A stretch of 25,094 nucleotides of DNA, from contig CAMAML010000001.1 in assembly GCA_945836835.1 (NCBI GenBank), positions 1 to 25,094 on the forward strand, read 5' to 3'. The notes below the pieces were generated by a model. That model saw nothing but the letters and a program-made list of their open reading frames with translations. It was not told where the DNA came from and searched no databases. Made by a program: the position numbers and the translations under genes. The stretch is from an uncultured cyanobacterium (lineage in GTDB: Bacteria > Cyanobacteriota > Vampirovibrionia > Gastranaerophilales > Gastranaerophilaceae). Shown here piece by piece: positions 24,524-25,094 of this stretch. Every line of letters starts with the position of its first letter. Positions within the stretch are counted from its first letter, which is position 1.

Positions 24524-25094
24524 ATGAGTTTTGGCGTAAAACTATTTGGTGCATTGAGCAAAAAAGGGGCTACGGAAATTGTTGAACAGGTTGCAAGTAA
24601 GGGAAAGACATTTACCAAATTACCGAACAGGTTTTTCCAAGGATGGACACAGGTCGGGTATGTTGAAAGAACTCCGAGAGCAAATACCGTTGAAGAATTA
24701 AGAAGTTCGATTATGGCATATGCTCAAGAAAACCCCGAAATTGCAGAGTTTGCAAAACATCTTAACGAGATGAGCCCACGTCATTTGGGCGTTGCTCAAG
24801 ATATTATTGATCTTTCGCATGGTACGGTAATGAGTGGCGGTTGGACAAATATTAATTTACGACAACTATGCTCGGACGGCAGTGGCAGAACGATTATGGG
24901 CGATTTGCTACACAGACTGCCCGAAATCGGTAAGCGAAATCCCGAGGCGTTGAATACTTTGGAAAAAGTTTTCAACTATTCCGATCACACAAACGCAAAA
25001 TACTTTTTAACCCAAATGCTCGGCGGAAACAAGGTTGAAGAAATGGCTCATCTTGCACCGCAACTGAAAGCCTTTCAGGAGGTTGTGCCGACTG
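24524..25094 (+). CDS. Hypothetical protein, 3' end truncated by the window edge
   Basis: SD AAGGAG (24508-24513); MSFGVKLFGALSKKGATEIVEQV... stays open for 190 codons to the window end. Confidence 0.8.
   Translation, partial: MSFGVKLFGALSKKGATEIVEQVASKGKTFTKLPNRFFQGWTQVGYVERTPRANTVEELRSSIMAYAQENPEIAEFAKHLNEMSPRHLGVAQDIIDLSHGTVMSGGWTNINLRQLCSDGSGRTIMGDLLHRLPEIGKRNPEALNTLEKVFNYSDHTNAKYFLTQMLGGNKVEEMAHLAPQLKAFQEVVPT

Noticed and set aside
1-25094. CRISPR array, tRNA/rRNA genes, IS or prophage
   Set aside because: No regularly spaced repeats, cloverleaf, extended rRNA similarity, transposase, integrase or phage genes were recognised by eye; tRNAscan-SE and cmscan were not run

Overview
Bacterial chromosomal window of roughly 40% GC (estimated by eye). 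It most likely comes from a non-photosynthetic cyanobacterial relative (Vampirovibrionia/Melainabacteria, Gastranaerophilales-like). That assignment is inferred from gene order and protein style, not from a database search. Bases 1-5650 hold the ribosomal alpha cluster: infA-rpmJ-rpsM-rpsK-rpsD-rpoA-rplQ-truA-rplM-rpsI, then a terminator. Next come an orphan membrane protein, thrB, an intact intein-free dnaE, a small divergent ORF, rmlC-rmlB with a secreted alpha/beta-hydrolase-like gene, an 1831-aa modular orphan, a HExxH zincin, a minus-strand TPR/metallophosphoesterase/MBL-hydrolase operon, and a partial orphan at the right edge. The main result is an element missing from the ORF track at 5670-5884. 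It consists of a near-consensus sigma70 promoter, a 31-codon peptide with 12 Met codons, and a 15-bp intrinsic terminator with a mutually exclusive antiterminator helix. This is the layout of a ribosome-mediated attenuator, apparently sensing methionine. Two long spacers in the ribosomal operon also carry colinear copies of conserved 16S rRNA words (candidate rRNA-mimic r-leaders), and three genes look leaderless. No CRISPR array, tRNA, rRNA gene, transposase or integrase was seen.
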